NCBI GenBank assembly: GCA_026770705.1
Contig: JANJGN010000007.1
Coordinates: forward strand, 97,154,001 to 97,218,000
Direction: 5' to 3'
Source: Isurus oxyrinchus
Taxonomy: Eukaryota
Length of the DNA stretch: 64,000 nt
Part shown: positions 1 to 12,720 of the stretch, piece after piece
How positions within the stretch are numbered: position 1 is the stretch's first letter
Layout of the letters: each line of letters starts with the position of its first letter
Notes under the pieces: generated by a model
Databases searched by the model: none
Told to the model about the DNA's origin: nothing
The model's input: only the letters and a program-made list of their open reading frames with translations
Translations under genes and position numbers: made by a program

Positions 1-699
1 AAATCCCACAGCTCCCACTTGAAGACATTTCATGTCATAGAATCTGACGACAGCCTCACCTCGCGATGGAGCACCCCCGAGTTTAATGTAGCATCCCCCA
101 CTAGAACTTAACTACCGACGTGAGTTTTGAGGTAGAATGTTTCAATCTTCAACAACAAATCTGGACAACCCTCAAAAGTTTGAGGGCAGGCCAATCATTA
201 TATTGTGACGGGGAGGTGTGACTAATGTCTACTTCGTGCTTCATGTTAAAAATTAGGGGTAATGTTTAGTTCTGGGCAGATTGTTTTTGTGAAGATAATG
301 CAACCAAAATAATGACCTTTAAAGATTGTCAGGACACCTCAAATAGAATGGCATCCCACCTGGTTTCCAAAGTTTGTTTAATACAATCAGAATGGAAGAG
401 ATAGATCCATCAAACTGAAGGTGGACTTACTTAGCTGCAGAACTCAACGTGTCTACAGTGCTTGCAAATAAGAGTAGCCCTGGGTGATGTTGTGTTTTCA
501 GAGGTAGATTGACATAAGTTAACAAGCATTCAGCGAACCCTGGAAGTGTACATGTCATTGAGATGGGTGGAGCTTAAGGAGGTTTCCTGGTTTCAATTTA
601 CCTGTATTTTTGCTGGGTGAGGGGTTCCATGCCGTTTGGACTTCGCGCGTTTTGCAGCTCACAGAGATACCCTAGGAGCAGCCAACAGTCTAGTCTGCA

Positions 700-1130
700 G
701 GCAGTTATGGTTCAGAAAAACCCTGAGAGCCATTTATAGATGGGGCAGCCGGGAGTCTTATGGCACGAGAAACAAAGGGGCAATCTCATTTTAGTGAAAC
801 CAGCAGTCTACAAAGGAATTGGAAATGTGGCAGTAATTAGAAGTGGGAGTGCAACCTTGGGAATCCCATGGAACTCAATCTCAGAACAGACTGAATCAAT
901 AGGATGTGAGTAGTCGCTGAGGCTGTCAGAGCCGGAGTGACTTTTGTGATAATTCTGATGCTAGATCTTCGAAATTGAGGAGCTGAAATCCCTGGTGTAG
1001 GAGAAAGAGTTTTAAACACATTTTGTGACTCACAGCCGTTAATGATGTCTGAGCGATGTGCTGCCTTGGTGTAATCCGCCTTGGTCTCACGTTTCTTTAA
1101 TATGCAACATGCCATGTGTGACAATACTTT
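700..1130 (-). mobile_element. Degenerate L2-like LINE ORF2 fragment
   Basis: ORF 837..1124 (KAAHRSDIINGCESQNVFKTL...FRRSSIRII) resembles the L2 linker between endonuclease and RT; recognised by eye only. Confidence 0.35.
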
Positions 1131-2429
1131 GCCCGCTAATTATTTTGAGTTTACGTCTAAATGTGTGGTTATAAGATAGGTTGTTTTACTTTTCTGACTT
1201 TATATATTCAAGATTATTTTATTTGTATGTAACTGTGGAATAGTGTGGCTGTATTTTCCTTGTACGGAACGGGATTTCAAACTTTCTTCACTTTAAGTTA
1301 AAGAAAAATATTGACCCCTAAACGGATTGCAACAACCAGCAGAAACACAAAGCATTTGCTTTGTTTCCGTCTCTCTCATATTCAATTTCTTATTTCCTCA
1401 TCAATGTATTTGTCACCTTACGCTGTTTTTTTTTTTCAATTTAATTTCCCTCATTATCGAGGGTTGCTAATGTTTTTGGCAACATAATAATTCTCATACT
1501 TTGATCTATCATGGATTTTAAACCCACTGTTAACAATGATTGGAACACATGTTGTGTTCCCTTTCGTCCCTTAAATGGGTTTAAATTTGTTGAAAATTAT
1601 GCAGTAAGAATGTTACGTGTCCGCCTCAATGTATATTTTTACATAGTTAGGTGAAACATTATGTCCCTTCCTCCCGCCCCCACCAGCATCAGGTCACCGG
1701 GACTTATGTGTGTAGTATCTATAGGAGGCACGGCAACGAATTCCAGTGCTCCTTCGATGGCATTTTCTGAACCAATTATTTCTCCCAGACACAAAGGTGG
1801 TGGAATTATGTCAACACCATAATATGCAAATTCCTATACAAACGAAGCAATTTCCTGATTCAAGTATCACATGTTGAGGGCAGATTTCATTTCTCCAGAT
1901 GTTAAAGACTAATCAATGTAAATTCTCATTAATGTGTGTGTCTCAATGTAATTCCTCATCCTTTTCGATCTGAATAAAACAACTTCAGATGTGCTGGTAT
2001 TATTATTGGTATAAGTATATTTACTGTAAATTCAAGGTTGAGCACTTGAGTTTTATATAATGAGTATTCTAACTTTAGAATACCATGCCACTGATACAAA
2101 GCATCATATCATTGAACAACTACTTCACGCTGACTCAAACATTGGTTCCTGGAAATTGGATAATTTAACACCTCCTCCAGTATCATTTAAACTGTTAAAA
2201 ACAATGAAGTTAAATTGTTTACGAAGAGGTTTCTAGCCCATGTGATTTGGAGATAGTACTTAATGGTGAGTTGCTTGAGGAAAGAAAAGTAAAAAGTATT
2301 ATGTATCTACAGAACTGATAAAGCACGATGCAGCTGTGCTGCCTTACACATCAATTATATGGGAAGGCTTCTCGACCAGTGAAATTCCATGAAAATTTAA
2401 TCTATGCATTTTGAACGTTGACTTACTAG

Positions 2430-2546
2430 GAAGAACGATCGCTAGCTGACAACAAGCAGACTTATGCCACTCTGGATTTCATGACTCCCAAGCAAACTGC
2501 AAAAGTTAAGCAAAAAGAAGAGACTACAGTGTATGCACAGGTACAG
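2430..2546 (+). CDS. Penultimate cytoplasmic exon of an inhibitory Ig-superfamily receptor (TYATL and VYAQV motifs)
   Basis: After AG 2428-2429, 117 nt open in phase 0: EERSLADNKQTYATLDFMTPKQTAKVKQKEETTVYAQVQ, then GTGACG donor at 2547. Aligns without gaps to the next exon. The acceptor has a weak pyrimidine tract. Confidence 0.7.
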
Positions 2547-2664
2547 GTGACGTTAAATGTGAAAATTTTTGACATGTGTATGAGAATAACTTTCAGTTTC
2601 TGAGAGTTGATTTAATATAATTGTTACTTAACTTAATTTATGTTTTTTTAAAAACATTTTGCAG

Positions 2665-2793
2665 ACCAAACATAGCTCCACTGAAAACAAACTGACATAT
2701 GCGGCGTTGATCCTAACTACTTCAAAGGAAGATGCGAAACCCAAAGCGAAAGAAACGCAACTATTATACACCACAATACAGCCAAACACCTAA
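2665..2793 (+). CDS. Terminal coding exon of the same receptor (ITIM-type LTYAAL and LLYTTI)
   Basis: ttttgcag acceptor 2663-2664, phase 0: TKHSSTENKLTYAALILTTSKEDAKPKAKETQLLYTTIQPNT, TAA 2791-2793. The preceding GT-AG intron is 118 nt. Confidence 0.8.
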   Translation, partial: TKHSSTENKLTYAALILTTSKEDAKPKAKETQLLYTTIQPNT

Positions 2794-5604
2794 ACGGGGC
2801 TGGAAAGATTCAACTGATGTTGGTGTCACAGATGTGTTTACGTTGCATATCTAATTCACTTTACCGTAGTTTATTCAGCCATTGTATTCTTACCCAGTCC
2901 TCGTGGAGCTGTCAGCTTCCACCACTCTTTTTTGGACATTCCCACTTCTGACTCCTGATATCCATACTGAGTTGAATCAAAATGTTTTATTTGCAATGTT
3001 GAAGCATCTGCTGCCATACTCTTTAATCACACCATTACATTTGAGACATGAACAGTTGCACTATTCTGCAATTCTTTTAGATGCAATCTGACGCTTTAGC
3101 ATACGCTCTTGTGATTTTGGTTGTGCAGATGAAAAAGTCGAGCATTTTATACTTGTATCCATTTATTTTCACTAATTTCTTCTCCGGCTAATTTTCACGC
3201 TTAAGGAATGAACTGTCTCTTTAATTTCTTTAATTACTTTATGTATAATTCTATTTCTTGACTGATTAACGGTTCCTGCAACCTGTTACCACTCCAGCTA
3301 TCGTTCCGTTCTTTGTTTATTGCAGATCTCCAAAGCACTCTCCATGTTGAGGAACAAGGACCCAGGCATTAACTTTCAGTTTTTTGGGTAGTTTCTGTCT
3401 GGACTCTTTGTTTCCCGTTTGTTTCATGAGTTGTATTTCATAAATTGCAGTGTTGGCATTACAACATGCCCATTGCATTCTTGCCCCCTGTCTGCAATAA
3501 CAACTGAACTTTCACCCGGTAATCCCGATAATGTCACTGTTCCAATGACATTTCCTTTAATAACTTTCGATTTTATGCTTTTTTAACTTTTGCGTTAATT
3601 ATATTTATGGGTTATTGCATTATTTTATCCTCCTCTTCAAAGCTAAGCTTCAGGCACATTGGGCACACCTGTCATATGAGACTGTGGTATTCCTGTTATC
3701 TCGTGCAGTACTTCTCTGAGTGACCCGAATAAGCAACTTTGCAGTACGTTAGCTCTCAGCAGACAAGAAAACTCAAGTGAGAAGGGGCAAGTCCAAATAA
3801 GGGAGTAGAGAACTAGAGAAATCTATGGTATTCCTGGAACAGCCAACCAAAGATACTAAGCACTGTGCAAGGTCAGGATGGACAGTCAACCACCTTTGGC
3901 TAAAGTAATGAAAACCATTATGCTCCCTGAAGGCATGTATAAGGGAGGATGATTTTTCTTAACTTGTTCTTTTCAAGGGCCATGGACAAATATGGGGAAG
4001 AGGAGTTGAAACCCCAAGAAACACGGCACAGCGAAGGGGGTGGTGAAACTGGCACTTTCATTCTTACGATGTTAAAGTTATTTGGCATGTTGCAACCACC
4101 TTGTGTTTGGAATAAAATAAAACTGTTGATAATCACATTTCCTGCCCGCTATTTACAGTACTGTTAAGTCCTGGAATATGATTGATGGTTTCTGTCATTT
4201 TGTGGACGATTGGTTTCCGAAATGCCGAGGACCCATCCGTTCTGCTTGTTCAGGGAGCACACGCCTTTAAAGCTGGAGTGCAGTATTTATTGTGCTTTCG
4301 ATTTATAGACGTTGATAGACATCGACATTTCCACTCAGAGTACTTTCTCAGAGAACATTTTGAGTCCGTGTTGAACTCAGTGCTTCCTTTAATGGGTATT
4401 GAACGTAGATGAGCACTTATTCACCTAAATAATGCGGACAACAATTGGTAATTAAGTTTCATTTTGGCAATTTTGACTTCCTGCCGTGATATTTCATGGT
4501 GCCTAGAATCAATCGAGGGCCAGTCGGTCCCAAGCCTATATTCATTGCCGCGTCGCCTCTGGGCTGTCTGGAACTCCATACGGAGAAGTTATACCTAAGT
4601 ATGCGCCGGAGGGGACTTTCAATTTCGCTTAAGAGTATGATTCTGGGATTGTGTCTGACAATAGGAAGCGCTAAGATGCACTCAATTCCACCCTCATTCT
4701 AAATTCGCCATGAGTCATTTGGAAATGCAAGACAAATCAACGAGTCAAGACGTTGGATACAAGGCTAACGTTTGGGAACCAGCTGTAGTATTGCAGCGTA
4801 AAATAGTGAAAATGAAAGTCCAACGCTCACATTTACATCTTTCCGGGTTGCAGGATCAGTCACTATGTTTTAAATGAATTTTGTCGGTGGTCAAATATAT
4901 GCACCTAACGTTCACAAATGCCTTTAACAAAATGTAAATTTGTGCAATACCAAATTTACAGTAAAACGTGCGATCCCACAGTCACTTACTAACGTGCTAT
5001 TCTGTAGAACGGACATTATAATGTTGACAGTAAGGCGCGAGGACTATTGCAACGCATCACGTGCCCGTGAACTCAGCAACTTTGAAAGAAATTATTAATA
5101 CACGACACAATGTTTGAAACAGATCCAGTAAAAATATGTTACATTATTACCTCTTAGAATCTAAATTCCCACTGAGAATTTTGCACATTGATTACAACAT
5201 GTCATTCAGTTCGTATTCTTCACAATTGGCTGTTTTTTTTTCAAATGAGAATCTGTAGGAATCATATTAATTCGCTTTAAGTTAAGAGGAAACATTAATT
5301 GATAAGTGTATTTAAAAAAAGGGAAGGAAAATGCTTTCTACCTTTACCAATGTGACACACTATAGCAGGTCTTTCTTTTTCGAAACGTGGTGTCTTTGAA
5401 ATCTTAGTTAAAGTCAGGGCCCAAAAGTTATGGTAAGCATTCGTTTGAGTCATAATGTTAAAGGTTTGTTTAGTTGTGAAAAATATGTTTTTGTTCATCT
5501 ATATTGCTTATTGTACTTTTGTAGCACATATATATTGTAGTTACATATTTTAATCGACAGCTGAAGGAAGAACAAAATGGAGGATGGTGCCGCTATTGGC
5601 TCAT

Positions 5605-5810
5605 ATTACCTGCTGAAATAGGAGCAGGAGAAGACTCTTCACTCCATCACACCTTCTCCGCCCATTTAATAAGATTATTGCTGAAACTTCTGTGGTCTTG
5701 ACAACATTTTATTTTCTATCCAACACGAATATTGAATCTCTTCTCAAGCATCGAACTCTCTAAATCAGCCTTGAATATATTCAATGATCCATCCCCTATT
5801 AATACCTGTT
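5605..5810 (-). mobile_element. CR1 LINE 3' end fragment
   Basis: gaaataggagcaggag...ctccgcccatttaataagat matches the antisense of a typical elasmobranch CR1 3' terminus. Confidence 0.5.
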
Positions 5811-6242
5811 CAAGAGGAGTTCAAATACTCACTTTGAATAATAATGTTGTAATAGGCTATTAGGATAGGAATATTGAACTCCGCAATGCATTTACCTATA
5901 TGTTTCTTAACATATAATAATAAGGTGCCATAGAAGCTAAGAGTAAATGACTGACGCAGCGGCAGGGGAGGCTTTTCGAACACTCGTGCCATAGCCGTCT
6001 ATTTGACCTAGCTTGCCTTCTAATGTCATTCGCTTGGTCCTACCCCACAGCCCTGCATATTCCGCGGTATTTGTTCTAGATTTCCAGATTTTAAAGGATA
6101 CAAATATTTATAGCGTTTTTTTTATATTCAATGTATTTGTTACAAAATGTTCAGACTGCAAATTACCTAAATGCTTCAAGACAGTACGGGAGCTTTATTG
6201 GTCGCTGAACCAGCGCATCCTGATTCATATTAAATTCTTTGC

Positions 6243-7965
6243 TTTTTTTTTATTAATCCATAGGATAGGGCTTCGCTGGCTGGACCAGCATTTATTACCC
6301 ATCCCTAGTTTACCTTGAGAAGGTGGTAATGAGCTTCCTTACCGGACCGCCGCTGCCCATGTCATGTTTGTACAATCACAGTTCTATTAGGCAGGGAGTT
6401 CCAGGACTTGACTCTGCGACAGTGAAGGAACGGCGATTTAATTCATGTCCGGATGGTGATTGACCTTGGAAGGGAACTTCCAAGCGCTGTTGTTACCATG
6501 TATCTGCTGCCCTTCTCCTTGTAGGTGGTAATGGTCGTGGGCTTAGAAGGTGCTGTCGAAGGAGACTTGGTGAATTCCTGCAGTGCAGCTTGTAGATGGC
6601 ACACATAGTTGTTAATACGTGTCAGTGATGTGGGCAGGGAATGCTGGTGGATGCTGTGGCAATCAGGCAGGCTACTTTGTCATAGATTATATAACGTTTC
6701 TTGAGTATTGTCGGGGGTGCACTCATCCAGGTCAGAGGGAATTATTTCATTACACTCCTGACCTGCGCCTTGTTGATGATGGACAGGCTTTGGGGAATCA
6801 GGATGCAGGTTGCTTGTCGAACTATGCTTAGCCTGAGAACTACTTTTGTAGCCACAATATGTATATGGTTAGTACAGTTCAGTATCTGATTAATGGTAAT
6901 CCTGAGCATGTTGATAGTGGGAGATTCAGTGATGGTAATGTCATTGAACAGCCGGGCGCGATGGTTGCACTCTCTCTTGCTGGAGATGGTCATTTCCTGA
7001 CATTTGTCTGGTGTGAATATTACATGCCACTTGTCAGCGCAAGCCTGGATATTGTCATGGTATTGCTACATTTGGACAAACTGTGCCAGTGTATGGAGAG
7101 TCGCAAATGCTGCTGAACATTGTGCAATAATCAGCGAAAATCCCCAATTCTGACCTTATGATGGAAGAAAACTCACTGATGAAGCAGCTGAAGATGTTTG
7201 GGCCAAGGGCATTCCCATGAGGAACTCTTGCAGTGATGTCCTGGAGTTGCGATAACTGCCTTGAATAATTACAACGACCTTCCTTTGTGCATACTGTTAC
7301 TCCAACCACCAGCGTTTTTCCACCGATTCCTATTGATTCCAATATTCCTCGGGTCCCTTGATGCCACACTAGGTCAAATGCTCCCTTGATGTCGAGGGCA
7401 TTCACTCACACCTCAGCTCGGAAGTTCAGCTATTTTTTCCATGTTTAAACGAAGGCTGTAATAAGGTCAGGAGCTGAGTGGTCCTGGCTGAACTCCAACT
7501 GGGTATCCGTGATAAATGTATCGCTAACCAATTTTGCTTGGTGGCATTGCTGATGACTCATTTCTATTACTTTTCTGATTATTGAGAGTGAACTGATGGG
7601 GTGGTAATTGGTTGGGTTGGATTTGTTCGCCTTTTTGTGAGCAGGACATAGCAGGACAATTTTCATCATTGCCCAGCAGATACCGGTGTTGTCACTACAC
7701 TGGAACAGCTTGGCTAGGGGTGCAGCAAGATCTAGGGCACATGCCTTCAGTGCCATTGCTCGAATGTTGTCAGGGCCAAAAGCATTCGCAGTGTCCAGTA
7801 ATTCAGCTGATTCTTTATATCACGGGGATTGTATCGAATTGGCTGAAAACTGGCGTCTGTGGTGCTCGGAATTGGCGGGGTAGGCCAAGGTGGATCATTC
7901 ACCCGGTGCTTCTGGATTAAGATTATAGCAAATGTTTCAGCCTTATCGGTTGCACAAATGTGTTG
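6243..7965 (-). mobile_element. CR1-clade LINE, RT region, cut by a deletion at about 7965
   Basis: ALDIKGAFDLVWHQG, VPHGNALGPNIFSCFI, FADYCTMF, NYHPISSLS; A-rich 3' end at about 6243-6250. Confidence 0.9.
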
Positions 7966-8589
7966 GACCACAAACAAGTCTCCTTTTTTATCCCTAATCG
8001 GCCTTACCCTTCCTTGTACCACCTTTTTATTAACAACATTTTAGTAATTTGTCTAGTTTATTCAAAATTGTGAATATGTGAACTCCGAAGTGCCAATGTG
8101 TCTGCAGCTCCAAAATAATTGGACGATCTATTTTATGCTGCCAGTCATTAATGTTCCTTTCATAACGGGTTATTCACGTTTCTCTGCCTTCAACTGTGCC
8201 TTCCATGTGCTTGCCCAATTTATAATTCTGTCCATATCCATTGTAATAAGCTATCATTCTGTCATATTCCTGCATTGTTTAACCAAGATTTTTTTTTATT
8301 TTTACATTTCACTCCGAATATCCATGCCTGATTAATCGTGAAAAGCGACTGAAGTCCAAATAATAACCTATTGTGGCCCCGCTGCACACACTCCTTCAGT
8401 CAGAATGAAAGACTGTCGCCGAAATTCCCTGCTTCCTGCCTCGCAAGCTAATGACAAACCCACGATGCCATTTCAATTATAAGCCTATGGTCTTCAAAAT
8501 GTTTTTTTTTAAAATCACTTTAATGTAATCAAATGTGAAAAGCCAGTTCACATGGTGTAAATTTAAATCTATTTTCCTGCATTGGTTCT

Positions 8590-8708
8590 TCAAATCTCAA
8601 CTTTAACCTATGCATAAACTGCACTCATTTTCTTCTCGGTGTTCTCTCCAAGCCTTGAAGAGCCACAGCAGAGTATGTCACACTATTCTTGCTTGTTCCT
8701 TGCTGAGT
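8590..8708 (-). pseudogene. Copy 1 terminal cytoplasmic exon with ITIM VTYSAV
   Basis: tttgtattcatag acceptor, phase 0: TQQGTSKNSVTYSAVALQGLERTPRRK* (TGA 8627-8625). A second motif, AVYA*VKVEI*, lies in another frame ending at 8590. Tyr at codon 12, as in the plus-strand exons. Confidence 0.75.
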
Positions 8709-9289
8709 CTATGAATACAAACATTTGGGGCTAAAGTTAAACTTATGAAATCCACTTTGCGTGTTCCTATTTACTAGCAATACATGTGACCAAAGATCTG
8801 TTAACTATATGATCCTGTTACCGTAATTATTTAATGATCATGCAGTTTACAAACATTTTGCAACTCAATACTTGAATAATAAATAAGGAAAGCTTTCAGT
8901 GTCTGTCGCATAATTTGCCTACAATGTGGCTATTCCATGTAAATAATTGAACTTAACTATTGCTTTATATTTTTCATTTTCGATCTTGTAGAAATCACTG
9001 AAACTCTGTGGTGGAAATTATTTTCATGTGAATTGTCTAGCCCATTCAGTCATATAACCAATTCAATGAGCTCTGATAGAAACGAAAAGGAATGTGTACT
9101 CATTCTGCAAATATAATGGCCCACATACAGACACAACTCTACAATATTACCATAAATGTCAAGTTATTCTGGAATAGCTGATTCATTCATGCAAAAGTGA
9201 AAATACTATCGATCCAGGAATTCTGAGATAATAATATTTCTAAAAACAAGTTGTGGAAATGAGCAACAATTGTGGGAACATTGGTCGAT

Positions 9290-10450
9290 GGACATTCAAC
9301 ACAACTTTGTTACAAACTCGTGGACTCTTACAACGACAATTATTACACGCCCTCTCACCTAGCTTTCTGCAAGGATTCTATTATAATCTTTCAGTTTCTC
9401 CCTCTCCATCGCATCTGTTCAGAAAATGCAACCTTCCACACTAGCAGGACTGTATGTTTTCATTCTTTGCTCACAGAAACTTTCCCACCCGCCATAGTTG
9501 ATTGGGTTCACCACTGTGTCAGATTCGTTTCACACGTTTTGTTCTCTCCCTTCCCCTTCCAATTGGAAGGGCAAGGTTTCCCGTTGTCCCCATCTTCCAC
9601 CTAAGAGCCTCCATATTCAACATAGCAACCTCCCTTTATTTTTCAGCTGCTGTGTGAAGCCACCAGCAAACACATTTTCCCATGTCCTCCCCTTTCAACA
9701 TTGCGAAGGGACTGTTCTGTCCACGAAGCCCTCTACATTTCTCAGCAAAAACAAATGCCCACTCCATTCCTTGCAACACTTTTCCAGTCAAGCACAGAAG
9801 ATGCATCACGTGTTCTTTTACTTCTTCCCTTTTCAACATCCAAGGTCGCAGAGCCCTCTTCCAAATGAAAAAAAAAACGATTTAATGCACTCCTTCAATT
9901 TATTAAACTGTATTCCCTGCCCACTGTGTTTTCCCCTCTACATTGTGGAGAGCAAATGTTTTTTTTGGAACATCTCTCTTCAGTCTGACCCTATGCTTCC
10001 TATGGCACACGTCCAATGTTGGTTAATGCAAGTTCGAGGAACAACACCTCATCTATTGATCCAGCATTCTACAGTACTCTGTAATAAACATTGTGTTCAA
10101 AACGTTGCACTATGACATCTCCCTCCTTGTTCGACATTTTTCCTTCTTCTGGCTAGACATTGTTTCATTTTTTTTTATCCCTTCATGTTGCATTCAGATG
10201 GCTACGATATAGCTATTCACAGCACTTCTGAACACATACTTTGTTTTATTACCATAGTTATTACCAGTCCATTTGGCTACTACATCATGAATTTGCTTTT
10301 CTATTCAATCTCACGTATCCTCCACCCTATCACAGATATTTTGCTCTTCATCTCTTCTTCCCTTACCACTATCATAAAACTCTTACAGTTCGTCATCTCT
10401 TTTGTTCCAGTGTTAGCGACCTGAAATTTTAAATGTTCCTCCTACTGTTG
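9290..10450 (+). mobile_element. Penelope-like element remnant (RT C-terminus, GIY-YIG endonuclease, terminal repeat)
   Basis: SHLAFCKDSI..FQFLPLHRICS and NCIPCPLCFPLYIVESK (GIY-YIG YCIxCxxCxxxYIGET-like); also present in copy 2. Confidence 0.8.
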
Positions 10451-11789
10451 CTGCCTGGGCTATTGAATATTTCTAGTTTGCTTTCTTTATTGTTTCATTT
10501 CAGGTTGATTTAGGTTCCCCCTACCTGTGCACATATTTTGATATCATCAGTACGTCTGGATTTTGTCATTTTCTTGGGTGCCACTGAGATTCAGGGTGAC
10601 CGAAGTTAAACTCTCCTTAGCTCCTGTATATATGATCTGAAAATAACGAGATTATATTAACAAAGGATATCCATAAGCGCGGGATAAACAATAGCTTTGT
10701 GCTGTCCAGGCGAATGCAGGACTATTCTGACATAACAAACAAAATGCAAGCCCCTTGAGTTATGCATTCAGATGAATGACAAGTAAGTGTTTATAATGCT
10801 CATTGTTGTATATTCATATTGGTTGTATTGTTAGTTGAAGCTCTCCCTCACCCCCAAAATCAGTGCACTAGCAACATCGGCTCATCTCCTGCCCAGCAAT
10901 CCCCACCACCCGGCTTCAATCTTGCACGGAGTGTAGAAATCACTCAACATCCTTGATTACTATCCTCCACTCAAACTTACTCGGGCTTGCCGGCTTTTCT
11001 CTGACATCTTCGGGCCGGGGAGCTTAAAGGATCTGGATGTGCGTGGTATTGAGCAGAGCCGTTGGTGAGACTGGGGTGCCATGGTAGATGAGTAGGTCCA
11101 GGAATGTCACGTTGGTGGTGCAGCTGAAAGTGAGCTGAGGATGGGCGTACCAAGGATTCTGGAGTGCGCTGGAGCCATGCCCAATGGGTGCCAGGAGGGA
11201 TGTTGACTGTGCGAAGGGTACCTACGAGGCTAGGGTGAAGAACTGTTCGTACAATCCTGTTGCTATAAAAACTCGTGCTTCTGAGCAGGATCCACGGGGG
11301 GACCATCAGCTTGGTTCCCCTTCTCTCCTCCGCCCCACCAAACACCACTAAAACTCCAACACGCTGGAGCCACTCAGGTGCTCCACAACATCCAGATTTC
11401 AGCATAAATGGATTCCTGGGAAGATTAGATGCCTTTGGTGCGTGCATGAGAATCCAATATTTGCCACTATTTGGGCAGCATGTTACACTTCTATTAGTTC
11501 ATAAACTGTTGTTCTGCTTTCTTGAACCTCTTCTTGTTCAGTGGCTGTCTTTATCCTCATATGTCTCGATTATTATTTGTTTCCATTACATTTACTTGTA
11601 CTCTATTTGAATTTTACCTGCATTGTTATTTTGAATTTGTAGTATAATTAATTGCTAGTATCATTCAAAAAATACTCTTTGGTGAATTGAACGCCTTTGT
11701 TGTTACTTTGGGATATCTTCTGGGAATATGGCAAATTTATCTCTAATCACCTCAGAGCTGTAAATTGTTGTGCATTGTTAATCAACCAT

Positions 11790-12720
11790 ATTACATACTC
11801 TATATTCTTTCCAACGTATTAATTTCCTTTGGCTTTCATTTATGGCGCTGAAATATGTCATTCATTCCAAAAGATGATACTTAATGAAACTCCTCGCATC
11901 ATTTTCCATACAATGCTATCAACAAATCTTTTTTTTATTTTAATCTAATGCGATTATACTGTTTTTCCTTAAATACATCAATTACAGTTGCCCCCACTAT
12001 ACGTTCTGGTCGTCAGTACGGATTGTGATCATTCTCCTGAGAAAGAATTTTTTTCAGTAATTACTTTTGATCTTCTTATTGCATATCGAATGCAAACTGT
12101 CCCTACATCGGGTCTTCCCTGAAATTGGAAACATTATTTTCTTTGTCTGCCTTCTCAAGCACTTTCCCTATCTCAAACATTTCTGACAAGCCACCACTCA
12201 GTCTCCCCTTTTATCAGAGCTCAGTTCCTGGGAGTGTTCAAACTTTCCTGAAAAGTGCATCATCTCAGTCCTTGCATTGTTCCATCCACATTATTGTACC
12301 ACCAATGGTGCCTTTATATCTTATATATAACATACCGACCCGAATGTTCACGATATGCAAATGAGCTTTAATTGATGCTCGAAAGTGTTTGTGCAATATT
12401 TCTGCTTTTGAATTTGATCCCCCTAGAAATGAATTTTGTTCTTGTGGTTGTTTTTTTTTTATGGCTTACTATCCTCAATCATTATTCTAGTGATTTCTGG
12501 ATTGATATCACCAGATTCTGGATTTATTGTATTTTCAGTTTCATATTTGAACAATATTCCCATTATTGCTTCTACCACTGAAATTAAACTATTTTCTATA
12601 TTTTCCTGGTCATTTTTCTTTCTTTTTGCCAGCTTTCCACCATCGCTCACTTTATTAATCATATTTTGTCATATGTATGGAATAAATGCACAGATGCAAT
12701 CCTCCAGACCCTGTGCATGT
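11790..12720 (-). mobile_element. Degenerate CR1 LINE 3' ORF2 fragment
   Basis: Minus strand aaattctttctcaggagaatgatcacaatc corresponds to the CR1 FFSQRVV..WN region. Confidence 0.6.

Noticed and set aside
1-130. Similarity to 25171-25300 as evidence of a third duplicon
   Set aside because: Short match, more simply a dispersed repeat; the flanks do not continue.
911-978. TM-like reading VAEAVRAGVTFVIILML with an Arg (activating-receptor-like)
   Set aside because: Flanked by in-frame stops, no convincing splice sites, and it lies antisense within an L2-like remnant.
1789-1863. Possible plus-strand cytoplasmic exon (D)TKVVELCQHHNMQIPIQTKQFPDS
   Set aside because: Good acceptor but weak donor, phase 1-1 does not join the phase-0 tail exon, and no homology to the other copies.
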